From positions 2,151 to 66,150 of the forward strand of contig DATLHO010000153.1 in assembly GCA_035539855.1 (NCBI GenBank): DNA of 64,000 bases. Direction: 5' to 3'. The DNA comes from Candidatus Kapaibacterium sp. Lineage in GTDB: Bacteria; Bacteroidota; Ignavibacteria; OLB7. Positions 61,698-64,000 of the stretch are shown here, piece by piece (position 1 is the first letter of the stretch; each line of letters starts with the position of its first letter). The translations under genes and the position numbers were made by a program. The notes under the pieces are model-generated. The model made no database searches. It was not told the origin of the DNA and saw nothing but the letters and a program-made list of their open reading frames with translations.

Positions 61698-63065
61698 CTA
61701 CGACTCGACGACCTCGATCTTCACGCGCGGATCGATCCGCGTCTTCTCGATGAGCGCCGGCCAGTACGCGACCACCTCGGAGGGACGCGGACGGCCGCCG
61801 GCGAAGCCGGTGACGTTCGGCGGACCGGTGAGGATCAGCGGCGCAATCTCCTTGCCGAAGCGCTCGACCGACTTGATGTCGTGCGAGCGTACGCCGATAC
61901 GCATCATCACTTCCTGCGGATCGGGATTGACCGCCTCGGAGAGCGGTCCGTGGCAGGCGTTGTATCCCACGTACTCCGTGAGGATCTCGTCGAACTGCAG
62001 GCCGAGACGCTCCAGCCGCGCACGCAGGATCGCGTCGCCGGCGCGGGCCTTGTCGATTGCCTCGGGCCACGCGTAGGTGAGCGTCGCGAAGGCGGAGTAG
62101 CCGTCGGAATAGCTCATCGACACCTTGTAGAACGGCGTGTTCTCCCGTCCCTCGATGCCGTGCACGCGCACGCGGTCGTCCCCGAGATCCTCGAGGTGGA
62201 TCGTCGTGAAGTCCGCGATGACGTCGGGCGTGATGTAGTTGCGCGGATCGCCGATCTCGTAGAGGCACTGCTCGGCGACGGTGCCGCGCGAGACGCGGCC
62301 GCCGGTGCCGGCGTGCTTGGTCACGAAGAACTCGCCGCTCGGAAGCGCCTCGATGATCGGGAAGCCGACGTTCGCCATGTCGGGCACCGAGCGCCAGTCC
62401 TCCATGTAGTTGCCGCCGGAGCTCTGCGCGCCGCACTCGATGATGTGCCCGGCGATCGTGCCGGCGGCCATCCGGTTCCAGTCGCGCATGTCCCAGCCGA
62501 ACTCGTGGATCATCGGCGCCAGCGTCAGTCCCGTGTCGGTCGTGCGGCCGGTGATGATGATCTGCGCGCCCTGACGAAGGGCCTCGACGATGGGCGCGGC
62601 GCCCAGGTAGACGTTTGCCGAGAGGACCTTCTCGCGCACCGGCGCGAGGTCCTCGCCGGACTCCATGTTCTTCAGCGGCGCTCCCGCGGCCCCGAGCTCG
62701 TCGATCGAATCGAGGATGTCGTCGCCGGTGACGATGCCGACCTTGATCGAGATGCCCTGGCGTCGCGCGACCTCGAGGACCGCATCGCGGCAGGCCTCGG
62801 GGTTGACGCCGCCGCCGTTGGAGATCATCGTGATCCCCTTCGAGGCCAGATGCGGAAGGATCTCGTCGACGGTCGAGACGAGGTCGCGCGCGTAACCCAG
62901 CCGCGGGTCCTTGAGCTTCTGCTTCTGCACGATCGACATGGTGACCTCGGCGAGGTAGTCCATGACGAGGTAGTCGATCGGCCCCTTCGTGACCTGATCC
63001 AGCGGAGCGCTGAGAAGATCTCCCCAGAAGCCCTGTCCCGACGCGATCCGTATCGAATCCTTCAT
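61698..63065 (-). CDS. Acyclic terpene utilisation AtuA-family protein (DUF1446).
   Basis: An N-terminal ASGQGFWGD motif and overall collinearity with the AtuA/DUF1446 family. Confidence 0.65.
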   Translation of the reverse strand: MKDSIRIASGQGFWGDLLSAPLDQVTKGPIDYLVMDYLAEVTMSIVQKQKLKDPRLGYARDLVSTVDEILPHLASKGITMISNGGGVNPEACRDAVLEVARRQGISIKVGIVTGDDILDSIDELGAAGAPLKNMESGEDLAPVREKVLSANVYLGAAPIVEALRQGAQIIITGRTTDTGLTLAPMIHEFGWDMRDWNRMAAGTIAGHIIECGAQSSGGNYMEDWRSVPDMANVGFPIIEALPSGEFFVTKHAGTGGRVSRGTVAEQCLYEIGDPRNYITPDVIADFTTIHLEDLGDDRVRVHGIEGRENTPFYKVSMSYSDGYSAFATLTYAWPEAIDKARAGDAILRARLERLGLQFDEILTEYVGYNACHGPLSEAVNPDPQEVMMRIGVRSHDIKSVERFGKEIAPLILTGPPNVTGFAGGRPRPSEVVAYWPALIEKTRIDPRVKIEVVES

Positions 63066-63182
63066 TGCTCTCGGGTTCGTTGGCAGACTGAAAACGCCAA
63101 AGGTACGACGAGCGGTCCGTTCGGACCGCGTCGCGGCGGAAGCGCGCGCCGGGGCCGTGCCCGACGCGCGCCCGCATGCCGT

Positions 63183-64000
63183 CTAGATCGCAGCCGCGTC
63201 GGTCGTGCGGCGACCGGTCGTCATCCGCTTTGCCGTGCCGTTGGTCGATGCGCCGTTGGTCGATGCGCTCTTCGCGCCCGTGCCCGCGGTCTTCTTCGAA
63301 CCCTTCTTCGCCGACGCGGACTTCTTCGCCCGCACGCCGACCTTCTCGGCGACCGACTTGCCCTGCAGGAACAGCAGCAGGTAGTCGTGACCGCCGGCCT
63401 TCGAGTCGGTGCCCGAAAGGTTGAAGCCGCCAAACGGATGCACACCGACGAGCGCGCCGGTGCACTTGCGGTTGAGGTAGAGATTGCCGACGTGGAACTC
63501 GCGCGCGGCACGATCGAGCTTCTCGGGGTTGGTCGAGTAGAGCGCGCCGGTCAGACCGTACTTCGTGTTGTTCGCGATCTTCAGCGCGTCATCGAAGTTG
63601 CGCGCCTTGATCACCGCCAGCACCGGTCCGAAGATCTCCTCCTGCGCGATGCGCGCGTTCGGCTTGACGTTGGCGATGACCGTCGGAGCGATGAAGTATC
63701 CCGTGTCGGAGACAGCGCCGCCGCCGGTGATGAGCTTGCCCTCCTTCTTCCCGATCTCGATGTACTCGAGGATGCTCTTGAAGGCGCGGTCGCTGACGAC
63801 CGGACCGACCGGCTTGTTCTGCGTGGGCTCGCCGACCTCGAGCGATTCGACACGGCGGCGCAGCTTCTCGACGAACTCGTCATAGACCTGCGCGTCGACG
63901 ATCGCTCGCGAGCACGCGGAGCACTTCTGTCCCTGGAACCCGAAGGCCGCGGCCGCGACGCCGTCGGCGGCCGCGTCGATGTCGGCCTCGGCGTCGACGA
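63183..64000 (-). CDS. 1-pyrroline-5-carboxylate (L-glutamate gamma-semialdehyde) dehydrogenase, 3' portion. The N-terminus lies beyond the right edge of the window.
   Basis: Manual translation of the minus strand continues in-frame without a stop from 63623 to the window edge. It gives …GYFIAPTVIANVKPNARIAQEEIFGPVLAVIKARNFDDALKIANNTKYGLTGALYS…, typical of P5C dehydrogenase, followed by a Lys/Ala/Ser/Thr-rich tail. Confidence 0.8.
   Translation of the reverse strand, partial: VDAEADIDAAADGVAAAAFGFQGQKCSACSRAIVDAQVYDEFVEKLRRRVESLEVGEPTQNKPVGPVVSDRAFKSILEYIEIGKKEGKLITGGGAVSDTGYFIAPTVIANVKPNARIAQEEIFGPVLAVIKARNFDDALKIANNTKYGLTGALYSTNPEKLDRAAREFHVGNLYLNRKCTGALVGVHPFGGFNLSGTDSKAGGHDYLLLFLQGKSVAEKVGVRAKKSASAKKGSKKTAGTGAKSASTNGASTNGTAKRMTTGRRTTDAAAI

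Noticed and set aside
63183-63623. A 146-aa ORF called as a stand-alone small protein.
   Set aside because: The frame continues open to the window edge and encodes the C-terminal half of P5C dehydrogenase. The apparent Met is an internal GTG (Val), so it is annotated as a partial CDS instead.

Overview
High-GC (~68%) bacterial chromosomal window. The gene repertoire (T9SS-type C-terminal sorting domain, bshA, floA, B. subtilis/Bacteroides-type sdhCAB) suggests a Gemmatimonadetes/FCB-like genome. About 55 protein genes are called, roughly 80% of them on the minus strand, plus one tRNA-Gly(CCC).

Left to right, the window holds:
- A partial GT2 glycosyltransferase, then a LolC/E-type permease, a STAS anti-sigma-antagonist, glycerate kinase, an Omp85-family outer-membrane protein, yigZ, bshA and an inositol monophosphatase (IMPase).
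- A pabB-pabA-pabC operon, PspC, 5-formyltetrahydrofolate cyclo-ligase, an SDR epimerase, an M20 peptidase, der, a HIT protein, an orphan nuoF and a Yip1 membrane protein.
- A lipoprotein MltD-like lytic transglycosylase with a LysM array, then cdd and rarA, which are separated by a 4x26-bp tandem repeat.
- A HisA-like TIM-barrel gene, a HAD hydrolase, floA, a J-domain protein and a tightly coupled GCS2 (YbdK-like) carboxylate-amine ligase + ATP-grasp pair.
- yajQ, an AmiC-like amidase, an L,D-transpeptidase, typA, an orphan hypothetical, a long (527 aa) ThyX-like gene, a GIY-YIG protein, tRNA-Gly and a NUDIX hydrolase.
- A ~2000-aa C25 (gingipain/PorU-like) peptidase with a T9SS C-terminal domain, sitting immediately downstream of a Wza-Wzz-GT4-Wzy polysaccharide locus.
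- sdhCAB, a GDPD-fmt-miaE operon, a TauE exporter, a secreted hypothetical plus two tandem paralogous lipoproteins, pyrE, an AtuA/DUF4387 pair and the 3' part of a P5C-dehydrogenase gene.

The best candidates for an undescribed system are the giant C25/T9SS protein fused to the polysaccharide locus, the GCS2 + ATP-grasp amide-ligase cassette, and the intergenic 26-bp tandem repeat array. All calls are by eye from the sequence and the ORF translations; no database searches were run.
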